DNA from: Eledone cirrhosa
Taxonomy: Eukaryota
Length of the DNA stretch: 64,000 nt
NCBI GenBank assembly: GCA_964016885.1
Contig: OZ024747.1
Coordinates: forward strand, 64,480,001-64,544,000
Direction of reading: 5' to 3'
Part shown: positions 61,713 to 64,000 of the stretch, piece after piece
How positions within the stretch are numbered: position 1 is the stretch's first letter
Layout of the letters: each line of letters starts with the position of its first letter
Made by a program: the position numbers and the translations under genes
The notes under the pieces: model-generated
Databases searched by the model: none
What the model was told of the DNA's origin: nothing
The model's input: only the letters and a program-made list of their open reading frames with translations

Positions 61713-61752
61713 CCGAGCTGAAGATCCGCGAAGGTGAAACAATTGTTCTCGG
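61713..61752 (+). ncRNA. Minimal type I hammerhead ribozyme in the element 61630-61785
   Basis: CCGAG-CTGAAGA-TCC-gcgaa-GGT-GAAA-CAATTG-TT-CTCGG; stem I can extend via ACCATAC/GTATGGT. Confidence 0.8.
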
Positions 61753-61780
61753 TATGGTGAACTAACTGTTGTGTAACCAC

Positions 61781-61826
<46 letters not shown>

Positions 61827-62129
61827 GAGGATCGTCACAAATGTAAAAAGCATAGATGGCTTATTAAAATGTATATTTGATGTACATGAAATTACAAGTT
61901 ACTACCTTCAAAATACGACCCTTGGTAATTCACAAAATGGTTCTAACATTTTTATATTCAACGTTGCAATACTAGAAGTCATTTTCTCTGAGTGTTCATA
62001 GCTCCTCGTTTACAAGGTGTTGCATGTTTCCCACTGTCCAAAAATGAAAAGCTTTCAATTTTGCTTTTAACTTAGGAAAGAGGTAGAAATCAAAGGAATC
62101 TATATATATGGGCTGCAGAGAGAATGTGG

Positions 62130-62744
62130 ATGAGTAGGAATGTATTTCTCCGTCAAACATTCTCGAATATAAATGCTACTTTTGGACATTATTTCCGCAG
62201 AATTTTTTCTCATGTGAAAATTCTCTGAACTATATCGTTAGCTTAGCCCGTTTCTTCCTGCAATCATTTTATCACTCAATTGGCGATCTTTCGCCACCAC
62301 CGTTCTCACCACGTCTTCATTCTGTCGATTTGTTGCTGAGATTGACCTTCCAGAACGTGGTTAGTCTTCAACATTTTTTCAACCCTTTCTGACAGCTTGG
62401 TGACACATGAAACCCTTCTCGATAGAGTGACATCTCCATAAACCTGTTGTCAGGAATGAAATGTCACTATGGCTGATTTGTTGAGTTTCACATATAAGTT
62501 AATCGCGTACCCTTGTTTGATATTTACCTGTATCGCAAATGTAACAGACGTTATGAACACGTCTGAATATAAACAGCAATAACTCATGACTTTCATAATC
62601 GATCATGTTGAAACAAAATCCACGGGCATCCAAAGTCATGGACCTCATCACTATTTAAATCACCAAGGTGCTGCCTTAACATGTTTACATAGTATAAGTA
62701 TTGCACTTAAGTTTGGGACCCTTACCTTTAGGACAAACTTCGTA
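62130..62744 (-). pseudogene. Mariner/Tc1 transposon remnant (5' TIR plus N-terminal HTH of the transposase)
   Basis: Minus strand KQGYAINLYVKLNKSA..QQVYGDVTLSR..VED*PRSGRS..VRTVVAKDRQLS..MIA; TIR-like TACGAAGTTTGTCCTAAAGGTAAGG starting at 62744. Confidence 0.8.
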
Positions 62745-63178
62745 TGCGAGTTTTGAATAGTTCATCTACGTATGCGTGCATTTACATATATGTATTAGCC
62801 CAAACATAAGTGGAAACATGATCAAGGTGTTGCAGGGAAACGGCGGCTGCGGGAAATATATTCATCGCCTCATCATAAATCAAAGGGTATCGCCGCAAGA
62901 AATACCAAAAAGCATCACATATGACGTTACATATACATATATATTATAATACGACGACGTTTAAAAAACGTGAAGGAAAATGAGAAGATTTCACTGAAAA
63001 CATTCTAATAAATGATCATATGAAGCCCAATGTTAAATTCTATGGACAAAAGCGTTCATGAGAATCGAACCCCCACCTCTGATTTTCGCTATAAGTATTC
63101 TAACAGATTACAAAAACGGTCCTGTATGTTTGTAAATGTCAAATGTATAAAAATATTAGATGCATCTTACTGTTAGTT

Positions 63179-63224
<46 letters not shown>

Positions 63225-63307
63225 ATTTCATTTATTTTAAGCTGTTTACCAATGGGTAGAACTGACTGTTGGTTGAGGTTAGTAAAGTATGTTTGTGTGT
63301 GTGTATA

Positions 63308-63378
<71 letters not shown>

Positions 63379-63955
63379 TTGTGTATAAAAAAAGTAACGC
63401 TTTGCACATGGAGTGTAATTTCCCCGGGGCGCACCTGTTAGTCACGTAGAAATAAAATGAAAGCAAACTTACCTTTAGTGTGTTGTAAATATATATTCTA
63501 CGTTAGTTAGATGATGTGGTGATTCAACCAATCCAAATTTATGTTCCAATATATCAAGGTAACATCCAGTTTGTTCCTTCAGGTCAATATACGTACAGCT
63601 AAAAAGAAAATCAAATTCAACCTTAAATATTATCTACATAATAGACACATCTATAATTAAAATGCTTCACAACGTTTACAACAAAGGAAGGTGTAGCGAG
63701 TATTACGGACTTCATATTGAACAAAACATCAAACGCACATATTAAAATCAATCAATTAATCAATACATGCATCTATATATATATATATGTGCATACATAT
63801 ATATATATACATACATATATATATATATACATACATATATATATATATACATACATATATATATACATACATATATATATACATACATATATATATATAT
63901 ATACATACATATATATATATACATACATATATATATATATATATATACATACATA

Positions 63956-63999
<44 letters not shown>

Positions 64000-64000
64000 T

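Overview
AT-rich, microsatellite-dense eukaryotic non-coding DNA, probably from an animal. The tRNA-derived SINEs and huge (TA)n/(GA)n tracts suggest a cephalopod such as Octopus; this is an inference. No intact host gene is evident, and almost all ORF-track entries are translations of microsatellites. Recognisable mobile elements are a 5'-truncated R4/Dong-type RLE LINE (about 5.6-7.4 kb), two RTE 3' fragments, a mariner remnant, a hAT-like MITE pair and more than 12 tRNA-SINE copies, several with clear TSDs. The main signal is about ten unrelated families of short non-coding elements, most sitting in (TA)n tracts. They occur as foldback palindromes (0.05-1 kb, plus one ~4.85 kb nested palindrome) or as tandem repeats. 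Most carry a type I hammerhead ribozyme motif with a palindromic stem III. These include unusual variants: stem II extended to ~35-120 nt, a U3-A8 covariant core, and a U.U mismatch at the base of stem II. The architecture matches non-autonomous Penelope-like pLTR/retrozyme-type elements. The inversion points repeatedly fall inside the ribozyme's own stems. All folds were read by eye and none was computed.
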